Shown piece after piece: positions 1 through 8,977 of a stretch of DNA of 64,000 bases. The position numbers and the translations under genes were made by a program. How positions within the stretch are numbered: the first letter of the stretch is position 1; the number at the start of each line of letters is the position of its first letter. Source of the DNA: a virus; IMG/VR virus record IMGVR_UViG_3300043497_000005; one strand, written 5' to 3'. The notes beneath the pieces were generated by a model that was given only the letters and a program-made list of their open reading frames with translations, did not search any database and had not been told where the DNA came from.

Positions 1-177
1 TGTGGCGACGCCTGCCGCTGCAGCACCGAACGCCGGGTTTGCAAACGTCAGTGTTGCCACAGTGACCGAGCCTGCGGTCTGCATGATGATCTTGCCCGGT
101 GGCGTGTTGACGTCGAGTTGATCGACAACGAAATCAGCGAGCCCGGTTCGGGTTGCTGTGGGATGCGTTACAGCCAA
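1..177 (-). CDS. Partial CDS (runs off window), probable virion structural protein
   Basis: Read by hand: TTG start at 177 preceded by AGGAGG; MAVTHPTATRTGLADFVVDQLDVNTPPGK...ATLTFANPAFGAAAAG; lies in the head-gene operon. Confidence 0.5.
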   Translation of the reverse strand, partial: MAVTHPTATRTGLADFVVDQLDVNTPPGKIIMQTAGSVTVATLTFANPAFGAAAAGVAT

Positions 178-186
178 TGAAACCTC

Positions 187-537
187 CTATTTGTCGTCGG
201 GCTCTTGATCGCTGCCCGACACCTCCGATTTCGGTCCGCCTTCGCGCACCAAGCCCTGTTCGATCCACTTCGGAATCATCTCCAGCAATTTCGCGTCCTC
301 GTCGCGCGCCTCGTAGCTCATGCCAGCCACGTACTCACTCTGCAGCGCCTCGCTGGTGAAATTGTCGAGAACGGTGAAACGTCGTCCCATCCTTGCATCC
401 TCCGCGATGATGTCGGCCCACGTCAGCCCATCGGATGGCGCGGGACCGTACACCGGTTGGTTGGGCTGCGGCATGATCGACTCATCAACCGGAGCCTGCC
501 GGTCTTTGCCGCCGATCATGACGCCGCGTTCGTACAT
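187..537 (-). CDS. Hypothetical protein
   Basis: 116-aa ORF tightly packed in the minus-strand late operon. Confidence 0.55.
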   Translation of the reverse strand: MYERGVMIGGKDRQAPVDESIMPQPNQPVYGPAPSDGLTWADIIAEDARMGRRFTVLDNFTSEALQSEYVAGMSYEARDEDAKLLEMIPKWIEQGLVREGGPKSEVSGSDQEPDDK

Positions 538-539
538 GC

Positions 540-1112
540 TTACTTGCCGCGCTTCTTCGAAGGCGTCGGCACCGGAGTGCCGCTACCCGGAACGATGATG
601 GCAAAGCTCACCCAGCCGGTGGTTGGCGTCCACATCGCCTTCCATTCGATCTTGGCGGTCTCTTCTTCGGTTGGCGGCGGGATCGGCGGCAGCCCTTGGT
701 CAGGATACGGCTGATCACCGGGCAGACCTGTGCCGGGACGCGGATCGTTCGGTCCCCAGATGTACACCGGCAACCACCCACCGCCAGCGTCAGGCGGCAG
801 CACGATGGGATGCGAGGGATGCGGCGGCAGCCCCTGATCGGGATGCGGCTGTTCGCCCGGCAGGCCTTGGTCCGGATACGGTCCATCTTCCGGAATGCCG
901 TATTCGGGATCGACCGGCGCACCGGGAGGAAGCGGGAAGTAAATCGGATGCGATGGAATCGGCAGGTCGCCGGGCAACGTCTGGTCCGGAGCGCCGCCCT
1001 GCCCACCGGGCAGCGTGTTGTCCGGTCGCGGCTGCGAGCCCGGTAGACCTTGATCAGGATATACACCCGATTCAATCGGGATGATCATCGCCAGAATCGA
1101 TTTTCGTGCCAT
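540..1112 (-). CDS. Proline-rich repeat protein (PDQGLP/HPI repeats)
   Basis: About five PDQGLP copies plus PDNTLP, PDQTLP and HPIVLPP; abuts its neighbours. Confidence 0.7.
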   Translation of the reverse strand: MARKSILAMIIPIESGVYPDQGLPGSQPRPDNTLPGGQGGAPDQTLPGDLPIPSHPIYFPLPPGAPVDPEYGIPEDGPYPDQGLPGEQPHPDQGLPPHPSHPIVLPPDAGGGWLPVYIWGPNDPRPGTGLPGDQPYPDQGLPPIPPPTEEETAKIEWKAMWTPTTGWVSFAIIVPGSGTPVPTPSKKRGK

Positions 1113-1157
1113 TCGCGTTCTCCTTGAGTTAGTGGGGTGCTCGCTTGCTAGCCGCGC

Positions 1158-1427
1158 TTACGCGGCGTCGTCATCGTCGTCGTCTTCGTCTTCGCCGTTG
1201 TCGTCGGCCTCGTGCTTGGCCTTCAACTCCTCGATGGTCTGCTCGACCTCGTCTGACGGGATGGCGTCGGCGTCGCGCACCTTGCCCTCGGCGATCCAGC
1301 GTTGCAACAGCGGTTCGGTGGTTTCATCTACCTCATAGATCGCGCCCTGCGCGTATTCGGTGTTGTCGTCGTCGGTGAAGGTCTCATTGGCGATAAAGCG
1401 CTTGTTGAGCTTTTCCATTATTCCCAT
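1158..1427 (-). CDS. Small acidic hypothetical protein
   Basis: ORF with AGGAAGAGG RBS and a D/E-rich C-terminus. Confidence 0.6.
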   Translation of the reverse strand: MGIMEKLNKRFIANETFTDDDNTEYAQGAIYEVDETTEPLLQRWIAEGKVRDADAIPSDEVEQTIEELKAKHEADDNGEDEDDDDDDAA

Positions 1428-2503
1428 TCCTCTTCCTGTTCCATGATCGGAGCGAACCGCGCATCGCCGAACGGGATGAACGCACATCTGCAATTCGGGT
1501 GCGCCGGAATCAGCCCGCGCGCCTCGTCTAGCTCATAAGGACCATCGGCGGCGATGTCCTCGCAGGTCTGGCACACCTTGTCGTCACCTGCGGTCAGAAC
1601 GTTGACCAGCGTCTGCTTTTCCTGTTCTTCCTCGATCTCGGCGACGATCTCCAGCGCACGCATCGCGAACTCCTGCGCCTGATTGCCGAACACGCCCTGC
1701 GCTACCTCTTCAATGAAAACCTCCTCCACGGTGCGAGGAGACCTGCGTCGCTTGGCCTTGTTGCGCGCAACGCGGGCGCGGCGCTTGGCCTTGCGGGTGC
1801 GCGGTGCATCCAGCAATAACGTGCTATCGCCATGACGATGACCAGCCGCATGATGGTGTTGGCCAGTATCAGGTATCCATTCGGGATCGATGCCAACCTG
1901 CCCGATGCCCTCGGCTTCATAGGCGAACAGCTTTCCGGCGTTGACCGCTCGCACCACGCCCGTGTTGACCATCAGATGCAGCCGCAGCTTGGTGACCTTC
2001 TCCAGCGTCTCGCGCACGTCGCGCATCAGGATTTCCGGTTTGGCCTTGCTCTCCAGTGCCGCGACCACGTGGCGCAGCAACCTGCGCGCGGTCTCCGCCG
2101 CAATGCCGCGCACCTCGGAGACAGCACCCGCCGTGTGCAGCTTCACCACTTCGCCCGCGTCCAGATGCAACAGCGAGACCCTTAGCTCATCCTCGACAAG
2201 CTCGATGCCACGGTCGACCGAGCGCTCGATCAGATCACGCGGCCAATCCTGCGGCACCATCAGGTTTAGATCGATCACGTGCTCGATCAGCCCTTCCGCG
2301 CGCGCCAGCTTGTGCGATACCGATTCCATCCAGTTGATGAACGCCAGCGGCTGCGATGTGGTCTCGTTGCGCAGTCCGATCACATCATGATCCTGCAGCC
2401 CCTGCTTCAGGCCCTTGTGCAGTTCGAACACCCGGCGCGCCACCAGTGCGCGACCATGCTTGCGTAAGCCTGCACTGCGCGTCGGGTCGCGCCTGTCGCT
2501 CAC
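1418..2503 (-). CDS. Phage head morphogenesis protein (MuF/SPP1 gp7 family)
   Basis: C-terminal DDKVCQTC...IPAHPNCRC motif; located downstream of the portal. Confidence 0.85.
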   Translation of the reverse strand: MSDRRDPTRSAGLRKHGRALVARRVFELHKGLKQGLQDHDVIGLRNETTSQPLAFINWMESVSHKLARAEGLIEHVIDLNLMVPQDWPRDLIERSVDRGIELVEDELRVSLLHLDAGEVVKLHTAGAVSEVRGIAAETARRLLRHVVAALESKAKPEILMRDVRETLEKVTKLRLHLMVNTGVVRAVNAGKLFAYEAEGIGQVGIDPEWIPDTGQHHHAAGHRHGDSTLLLDAPRTRKAKRRARVARNKAKRRRSPRTVEEVFIEEVAQGVFGNQAQEFAMRALEIVAEIEEEQEKQTLVNVLTAGDDKVCQTCEDIAADGPYELDEARGLIPAHPNCRCAFIPFGDARFAPIMEQEEEWE

Positions 2504-2697
2504 TGCTTGGCCTTCTTCTTCTCATGCATCTTGCGATACTTCTTGCGGATCGGTGCCATGATGGTCTCATCGATCTGGTTGTGGACGCTGATCAGGATCG
2601 GCTCGTGCAAGGCGGCATCCTTCATGTTGCCATTGCTGCCCTCGTAGAAAAACTCCTGCGCAACCTCGCCAGCTTCGGCACCGTGTATCTTGGGCAT
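2500..2697 (-). CDS. Hypothetical protein
   Basis: 65-aa ORF overlapping both neighbours. Confidence 0.55.
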   Translation of the reverse strand: MPKIHGAEAGEVAQEFFYEGSNGNMKDAALHEPILISVHNQIDETIMAPIRKKYRKMHEKKKAKQ

Positions 2698-4526
2698 CAG
2701 GCAGCCGCCTTCTCTGGTGGTTTCGGTTTGACGCGGCCAACATAGGCCTTGAACCGCGCGTAGCTCTCCGGGTCCTTCAGGTTTAGCACGCCCGACCAGC
2801 CACTGTTCAGCAACAGCTTCTTGCCGAGCTTGCTATCGGCGATCTTCCACAGGCTCTTTGGATCGTTGCTGCGCACCAGATCGTAAAGCTCTGCGATCTC
2901 CGGCGATTGCTTCTCCTCCTCGGTCAACTCCATCTCCGGCTCTTCCTCGGGCTCGATCTCGATCTGGTCCTGACCGTAATTGCCAGCGATCTGCAGCTTT
3001 TCGGTGTTGTCCTTCTGATCCCAGTATTCTTCCTGATACTCCTCGACCTGCTCGGTGATGTAATCCGGCGGGTCCATGTCATCGACGGCCTTCTCGGCCT
3101 TTGAGTTGAACTCGGTCACCAACGCGTCGATGATCTCCTTGCGCATGTCCTCATCGAGCATCTTGTTGTAGATCGGCGGCTCGATCACCGGCAGGTCCAA
3201 CTGGTTCGGGTTCTTGTTCTTGCCGCTCTCGTCAAGCTGCTTGTCGTCCCACGTGAATTCCGGATCGTCCGCACCGTCCTCATAGCGCGATTGATATTCA
3301 TCGATCTGCAGCGCGGCCAGTATCTCCTCATCGTTGAACGGATAATCCGGTTGCTCGGCTTCCTTGCGCTCTTGGCGTAGCCGCTTCACTTCATCGAGCG
3401 CCCACGTGTTGTCGCCATCGTTGAACTTGACCTGCTCGTCGCGCTTGGCCTGTTCGAGCCCCTGCCCGCTCTCGCGCCAGTTCTCGATCTCGCTCTGCAC
3501 GAACTCATCGCGGCTATCGCGCATCCAGCGGCGCTTGGTCTCTTCCTGCTGATCGGTCGACAGGATTTCCCATTCATCTGCGGTGATGGTCTCGCCACTA
3601 CCAGAACGACGGCCACCGCCGCCTTCGATGCTGTCGAGCTTCTCTTCCAGTTCACCCGACAGCGATGACCACGCCGATGCTGTCGGCACGTAGCCATACT
3701 TGGCCCACGCGTAGCCGCCGACATCGATGTTCGCTGACACCTTCACAGTGGTGATGCCCATCGCCTCATAGGCCTCGACGTTGCCGCCGAGGATGCGCTT
3801 GCCGGTGTCGTCGCCGGTCGCGGCACGCTCCAGCTTGAAGTAGGCGCTGTAAGCCTCGTGCTTGTCGGGCTTGATCTCACGGGTGAACTCGCCGATGCGA
3901 TCACCATCCGCATCGCGGATGTCCCCAGTGACGCTGAACTCGCTGCCGCTCAACCTGATGCGCATATCGACGCGGTCCTGCAAGCCACCCGTGAAGGTTT
4001 TCTTGAACTCCTCCGGGTCCATGCCGATCTTCTCGTTCCACGCCTGCAGGAATTTCTCCTCGCTGCCATCCTCGGCGCGGTAGCGAATCTTGGCCTTCTC
4101 GAAATCGTCCTTGGTGGCAGGCTTTTTCGCCTTGCCGGTCTTCGGCTTGGCGGCTTCCTCGGCGGCTACCTTCTTTTCCTCTTCGGCCTGCGCGCTCATC
4201 GCGGCGGCCTCGGCCTGCCTCTGCGCTTCGCGCTTGCGTTCGGCGCGCTCTTTCAGCTTCGGCGATAGTGCAGCACCCGAGCGCTCGGTCTTCTCCTTGC
4301 GCGCCGCCATCGGTCCGACACCAGAACCGAACTGGCCTGCGGTCGAGCCCGCCGATACCCGCTCGTGCTTCTCCTCGTTCCACGCCCGCACCGCGTCGTG
4401 CACGTCCTCGCCGCTCCAGTGCGCACGCAGCCGAACACGCATCTCCTCGAAGTCCTCGTTCTCCCAGTGGGCCGGGGGATCGGGATCATCCTGCCAAGGT
4501 GCGAACTGCGGCGTGCCCCTCATCAC
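2697..4526 (-). CDS. Head-associated multidomain protein with GNAT-like segment
   Basis: WNEEKHER...GQF motif; segment YFKL...TGKRIL...VKVSANIDVGGYAWAKYGY resembles a GNAT fold; acidic C-half. Confidence 0.6.
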   Translation of the reverse strand: MMRGTPQFAPWQDDPDPPAHWENEDFEEMRVRLRAHWSGEDVHDAVRAWNEEKHERVSAGSTAGQFGSGVGPMAARKEKTERSGAALSPKLKERAERKREAQRQAEAAAMSAQAEEEKKVAAEEAAKPKTGKAKKPATKDDFEKAKIRYRAEDGSEEKFLQAWNEKIGMDPEEFKKTFTGGLQDRVDMRIRLSGSEFSVTGDIRDADGDRIGEFTREIKPDKHEAYSAYFKLERAATGDDTGKRILGGNVEAYEAMGITTVKVSANIDVGGYAWAKYGYVPTASAWSSLSGELEEKLDSIEGGGGRRSGSGETITADEWEILSTDQQEETKRRWMRDSRDEFVQSEIENWRESGQGLEQAKRDEQVKFNDGDNTWALDEVKRLRQERKEAEQPDYPFNDEEILAALQIDEYQSRYEDGADDPEFTWDDKQLDESGKNKNPNQLDLPVIEPPIYNKMLDEDMRKEIIDALVTEFNSKAEKAVDDMDPPDYITEQVEEYQEEYWDQKDNTEKLQIAGNYGQDQIEIEPEEEPEMELTEEEKQSPEIAELYDLVRSNDPKSLWKIADSKLGKKLLLNSGWSGVLNLKDPESYARFKAYVGRVKPKPPEKAAA

Positions 4527-7500
4527 GTGCCCTTCTTCTTCAGAGCGCTGAGCGATTTCGCATAATCAGTGTCGCGCTCCTTGCCGCGCACGCCCATGCC
4601 CTCCCACAGGATTTTCTCCGGCCACCACCATGTCGCCTGCGCACCCGCTGGCGTTAGCTCGATGCCGTGACGCTCGCGCATCTTGTCAATCGCCCGGTTG
4701 AACACGCTTGTGATCCACTTGCGCTGGTTGCCGTTCTTCGGTTGCTCCACCATCATGCCCTTGGCGGTCAGTGTAAGCCGCTCCGATGCCAGCACCAGTT
4801 CGCTCTTCTCGTATTTCTCCTTGGTGCCAGCCTTCTTCTGCGCCTTCTGATGCGCGATGAAGTCGCGCTCGTGCTGGGTGTAGATTTCCTCGGCCCGCTC
4901 GATCACGCCCTTCCTCGTGCGCGGCACCGGCAGGCCCGCATGATCCAGTGCACCCTCAACACGCTCGATCTGCTTGGTCATGTCCTCGACGTCGGTCGAG
5001 CCGATCCCGGTGTTGGTGATGCGGCCCCATGCGCGCATGAACCACAGGTCCATCGTGATCGGCGAGAAATTGCCGTTCAGGTTCTGATAGAAGCCCTGCC
5101 CGATCTTCGGACCCAGCATCGCCGAGCCGTACACGATATCGTCCTTCAGGGTCGCACCGGGCTCGACGCCGGTCTTCAATGCGAGATCGCGCGCGGTCAT
5201 CTTGGTGTCGAAGAACTCACGCAGCTTGGCAATGCCGCCTTCCTCGATGGCTTCGTTGACCTTGCGCAGGTTCTCGACAATGGACGCCTTCTTGACCTCG
5301 ATGTCGGTGGGAAAGCGGCCATGCTTCAAGAAATGCCGATAGGCCTGATCCGCCAGCGCCACGTTGCGATCAACCGTCTCGCCCTGCGATGTCACCGCCA
5401 GCGCCACCGTGTAGATGAACTTCTGGTCCTTGTCCTTCGAGATGCCGGGATAGATATCCTCGGCGATCTCCATCGCCTCTTTCACCGTGTCGTCGTACCA
5501 GTGCTCGCCCGATGCGCCGCCGATCAGGCCCTCGCGCAATTCCATTGCGATCACGTTGGCCAGATACTCATCGGTCTCCTCGGTGTGGTTCTCCTCGGTG
5601 ATCGAGCTTAGCCCGAGGTCGCGCTTCAGTATCTTGCCAGCGCGCTCGTTCAACACCTTGGCAGCCTCGGTCACCAGCACTGAGTTGGGCTTGATGTCCG
5701 GGTACTCCGACAGGATCGCCGTCGGCGTTAGCTCGAACCCTTCTTGCTCATAAGGTGGGAGCCAGTGATTGCGTACGTCTTGCCAGATGGCTTCAGCATC
5801 TTGAACCGGGGATCGCTCAATGACTTTCTGGTATATGCCTCGCGCGCGGTCTCGCTGTTCGCGGTCCGATCCTTTGCCGTCGTATCCGATGAACTCGGCT
5901 TTGCCGAACTGGTAATAGACCGGGTTGTCCTTGCCATAGGCCTGCGCTCCCTTGTCGACCTTGTCTAGCTCGTCGCCGTCGGTGTCGACCACATAGACCG
6001 TCGCACCGCCCTGCTTCGGCACAATGGTATGGTTTGAGATGCCAGCCTTCAACAGCTTCTTGTGGATGCTCTCCAGCGTGCCCTTGGCCTCGAACTGGAT
6101 CAAGGCATCGGTCCCCTTGTCCTGTTGCTCGAACACCAGCACCGCCTTCTGGTCTGCGATGTAGCCCTTCATCACGGTGGCCAGCACGATGCGGTCCCAG
6201 TTGGACTCCGCGCGCGACATCAGCGAGTTTTCTGCACCATCGGTCCATGCCCCGATGATGTTGACCTCCTTGGCATCCCGCACGCCGACCTTGTCGTTGA
6301 TGTCGAGCGAGCACGCGCGCAGCCTTGTTTGCTGCCGTGAATTCAACTCCCTGATCGCGCCCTTGAAATCCAGCCCGCTCTTGACGCTCGGCGATACAAA
6401 GCCGGTGGTCTTCTCCATGTTCTCCGGCATCGAAACGAACTGCCCGCCACCCTGTCCGCCGGGATCGCGCGCGTGCTTCGTCGGGTCCCACTGGATCAGG
6501 CGGTCAGCTAACTTGCTCGCCAAACGGTCCAACAAGGCCGCGTCGAAAGGGGCTCGGCTGTCTTTCGCTACCTCCCCTTCCATGCCGCGCGCCTTCGGTG
6601 GCGCTAGCTGCTTCATCGGCGCAGGTCCCGCAAGCTCAGCCTCAAGCGCTTCCTCGTCCAGCGCTTCCTGTGCAGCGATGGCTTCCTCGATGCCAGCCTC
6701 GATGCCGGGATAGGTGCCGTCCTCGATCAACTGGTTGACGCGGCCCTTCACCAGCGCCTCGAACGGCACCAGACCAGTGGAGGCATCAACCGCTGCAGTG
6801 TCGGCCTTCACCTTGGCGATGTCGGCCTTGTCCTTGGCGCTCATCTGCCACAACGGATTCCAGTTGTAGAAAATATCCTCATCGAACGAGCCAAGCGCCG
6901 ACATCTGGATCGCAATGTCGAGCTTCTCCAGCGTCGGCGTCAGCCGCAATTCCTGATCGCTCTTGATGCGGTCGTAGTAATTGGTCAGATCGCTCTCGCC
7001 TGTCGAGTTCAGACCTGCCGGTGCCTGTCCAAGGAAACGCGTCGCCGGGATGTCAGCCGCACCCGCAGCAATGTGCATGTACATCTGCATGATCTCGGGC
7101 ATGCCGGTGAAGTCGACGCCGATGCGCTGCCACTCCTCCTCGCCATCGAGCACCACCGCGTTGATCACGCTCTTGGCCACGTTGGCTTCCGAGAAGCGCT
7201 TGATCAGCCGGTTGGTGCCGTCGGTGGTCGAGAAGATTTCGGTCAGCCCCGGTATCTTGACCACGTCGAACTTGGCTTCACTGATCATCGCAGCGATGCT
7301 CTGTTGCACGGTGCCTGCGGCTGCAACCGCGTCGTGCACCATCTGCAGCACCGGATCGCCCCAACCGAAATTCGCCATCGGGTCCGGTGGATCGAGACCG
7401 ATCAGGCGGATCATGCGGCTCGGATGAATCTTCACGTTGCCGAGCTTTCCGCTCTCGTCGTTCAACGTGTAGAACTCGGGCTGGCCGTAGTACGGCGACG

Positions 7501-7939
7501 TCACGTCCTTGATCAGGTCCTGTATCGCCAGTTGATGCGGCGCGAGGATGTGCAGGAACTTCAACCCGTCCTTCTTGATGGTCGTCGGGTCCAACTCCTT
7601 GGCCATGTCGCCTTCCACACCCATCAGGATGCAGCAACCGCCATAGAGCCGCGCCTTCACCAAGGCTTCCTGCAATTTCAACTGCACGCGCAGGCGATCC
7701 TCGGTCTCCTCCAGTAGCTCGATCTGATCGGCCTCTGCCTGCCATGCGCGCCACTCACGCGTCGCATCCTGCGCAGGAATCGAGATCGCCTTGCGTGCGA
7801 TCCAGTCCGATTGAAACGACGACTCCAATTGATCACGCGACCACAGCGTCTTGGTGTAGTGGTGGCCAGTCATCTTGTCGCGACCTTGGACACCAAGGCC
7901 GCTCAAAAAATTCGTGAAAGTATCAAAAACATAACCCAC
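4523..7939 (-). CDS. Portal protein (DUF1073/HI1409-like) fused to a long C-terminal extension with a glycosylase-like domain
   Basis: N-terminal WIARKAISIPAQDATREW...AADIPATRFLGQAPAGLNSTGESDLTNYYD is DUF1073-type portal; start moved to GTG 7939 because an AAGGA RBS precedes it (ORF track starts at 8002). Confidence 0.8.
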   Translation of the reverse strand: MGYVFDTFTNFLSGLGVQGRDKMTGHHYTKTLWSRDQLESSFQSDWIARKAISIPAQDATREWRAWQAEADQIELLEETEDRLRVQLKLQEALVKARLYGGCCILMGVEGDMAKELDPTTIKKDGLKFLHILAPHQLAIQDLIKDVTSPYYGQPEFYTLNDESGKLGNVKIHPSRMIRLIGLDPPDPMANFGWGDPVLQMVHDAVAAAGTVQQSIAAMISEAKFDVVKIPGLTEIFSTTDGTNRLIKRFSEANVAKSVINAVVLDGEEEWQRIGVDFTGMPEIMQMYMHIAAGAADIPATRFLGQAPAGLNSTGESDLTNYYDRIKSDQELRLTPTLEKLDIAIQMSALGSFDEDIFYNWNPLWQMSAKDKADIAKVKADTAAVDASTGLVPFEALVKGRVNQLIEDGTYPGIEAGIEEAIAAQEALDEEALEAELAGPAPMKQLAPPKARGMEGEVAKDSRAPFDAALLDRLASKLADRLIQWDPTKHARDPGGQGGGQFVSMPENMEKTTGFVSPSVKSGLDFKGAIRELNSRQQTRLRACSLDINDKVGVRDAKEVNIIGAWTDGAENSLMSRAESNWDRIVLATVMKGYIADQKAVLVFEQQDKGTDALIQFEAKGTLESIHKKLLKAGISNHTIVPKQGGATVYVVDTDGDELDKVDKGAQAYGKDNPVYYQFGKAEFIGYDGKGSDREQRDRARGIYQKVIERSPVQDAEAIWQDVRNHWLPPYEQEGFELTPTAILSEYPDIKPNSVLVTEAAKVLNERAGKILKRDLGLSSITEENHTEETDEYLANVIAMELREGLIGGASGEHWYDDTVKEAMEIAEDIYPGISKDKDQKFIYTVALAVTSQGETVDRNVALADQAYRHFLKHGRFPTDIEVKKASIVENLRKVNEAIEEGGIAKLREFFDTKMTARDLALKTGVEPGATLKDDIVYGSAMLGPKIGQGFYQNLNGNFSPITMDLWFMRAWGRITNTGIGSTDVEDMTKQIERVEGALDHAGLPVPRTRKGVIERAEEIYTQHERDFIAHQKAQKKAGTKEKYEKSELVLASERLTLTAKGMMVEQPKNGNQRKWITSVFNRAIDKMRERHGIELTPAGAQATWWWPEKILWEGMGVRGKERDTDYAKSLSALKKKGT

Positions 7940-7987
7940 AGGCGCATCCTTTCTGATATCAACCTGTCGCCATTTCAGGATGGCATT

Positions 7988-8060
7988 GGCAAGGTATGGC
8001 ACGGCGCGTTCAGGCAGCGTTAGGCACGGACGGGCACGGTCTGGCTGGCTTGGCTGGCTA
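7988..8060 (+). ncRNA. Orphan GGY-NN pentamer unit (candidate stand-alone guide RNA)
   Basis: GGCAA GGTAT GGCAC GGCGC GTTCA GGCAG CGTTA GGCAC GGACG GGCAC GGTCT GGCTG...; same grammar as the 28-29.5 kb array; intergenic; followed by a hairpin and T-tract. Confidence 0.7.
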
Positions 8061-8062
8061 CG

Positions 8063-8095
8063 AAAGGGGCTCCCTCACGGGGGCCTCTTTCATTT
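8063..8095 (+). terminator. Intrinsic terminator-like hairpin (possibly bidirectional)
   Basis: AAAGGGGCTCCC-TCAC-GGGGGCCTCTTT followed by CATTT. Confidence 0.6.
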
Positions 8096-8200
8096 GGCTG
8101 TCAGCAAATAGAACAGCGACACCAGCACGAACATGCCAGCGAGCCAGTACGAATGATCGAGCATGCCAGCAACGGCGAACGCTGCGGCTACCAGATACAT
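8090..8200 (-). CDS. Small membrane peptide
   Basis: Read by hand: MYLVAAAFAVAGMLDHSYWLAGMFVLVSLFYLLTAK, hydrophobic. Confidence 0.4.
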   Translation of the reverse strand: MYLVAAAFAVAGMLDHSYWLAGMFVLVSLFYLLTAK

Positions 8201-8404
8201 CTAGCGCCTGCTCATTTCGCGCTCGATGTCGGCCAAGATGTCTTCTCGCGGTCGCCTCGGTGGAAAGCCGTGCGATATTTCTTCAACCTCGATGATCAGG
8301 TTGATCAGCCCGATGTGACGGTCCGCCGACATCGTTAGCGCCGCGACGTTCAAGGCCCGCTGCTTCATGACATTGACAGCGTCGGCGATCTCGTCGTCGG
8401 TCAT
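8201..8404 (-). CDS. Hypothetical protein
   Basis: MTDDEIADAV... with GAAGG RBS; overlaps the upstream stop. Confidence 0.55.
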   Translation of the reverse strand: MTDDEIADAVNVMKQRALNVAALTMSADRHIGLINLIIEVEEISHGFPPRRPREDILADIEREMSRR

Positions 8405-8820
8405 CGACGCGCCTTCTTTTTCTTCGCGGCCTTCTTGGCTGCGCGCTTCGGTGTCGAGCGCGATGCAGGCGGCGCTTCTTCTGTGGTCTCGATGGCTACA
8501 GCGAACAACCGCCCCTGCCGCTGCTCCACCGGGTTGCCACGTGTGCCGGAGCGAAACTTGATCCACGCAATGGCGCGGCCAACGTCGGACGGGATGATCA
8601 CGCCCGAGCCCGGCACCACAACCTCGATGGTGACGGCAAAGCCTTTCAGATCGAACATATCGTTGAACGAGGTGCCGTCGGTCGAGAACTCGAACGTCAA
8701 TGGTGCCTCATCCCATTCCGCTGGCATGGTGATGCGCACCAACTGCCCGCCGCTGCAGTCAATGGCGCTCGACAATGAATCGCCTGCCTCGATAAACGGT
8801 CCGTCCAACACTTTCAGCAT
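8401..8820 (-). CDS. Hypothetical protein with basic tail
   Basis: 139-aa ORF with beta-rich core and PKRAAKKAAKKKKARR tail. Confidence 0.65.
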   Translation of the reverse strand: MLKVLDGPFIEAGDSLSSAIDCSGGQLVRITMPAEWDEAPLTFEFSTDGTSFNDMFDLKGFAVTIEVVVPGSGVIIPSDVGRAIAWIKFRSGTRGNPVEQRQGRLFAVAIETTEEAPPASRSTPKRAAKKAAKKKKARR

Positions 8821-8823
8821 GCA

Positions 8824-8976
8824 TCACCCTCTGATCAGTTCGAGCTTCACTGGCGCTTCCACGTTTCCACACCTCGGGCAGAACGACGGCCCCTTGGCTT
8901 GTTGCTTGCTGGTGATGCTACGCGTTTCCTTGCACGCCGTGCAACGCATCAGCACCCGCTCGATCTTCTTGACCAT
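8824..8976 (-). CDS. Small zinc-ribbon protein
   Basis: CTAC...CPRC motifs. Confidence 0.55.
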   Translation of the reverse strand: MVKKIERVLMRCTACKETRSITSKQQAKGPSFCPRCGNVEAPVKLELIRG

Positions 8977-8977
8977 G

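Noticed and set aside
4667-7754. Long antisense or alternate-frame ORFs over portal, tail and other structural genes (e.g. 4667-5611, 52879-54312, 57767-59260)
   Set aside because: Shadow ORFs typical of high-GC DNA, overlapping well-supported genes.
7940-8002. Portal N-terminal extension MPYLANAILKW... from the ORF track
   Set aside because: No clear RBS. It is the antisense of the orphan GGY-NN unit, while GTG 7939 has an AAGGA RBS.
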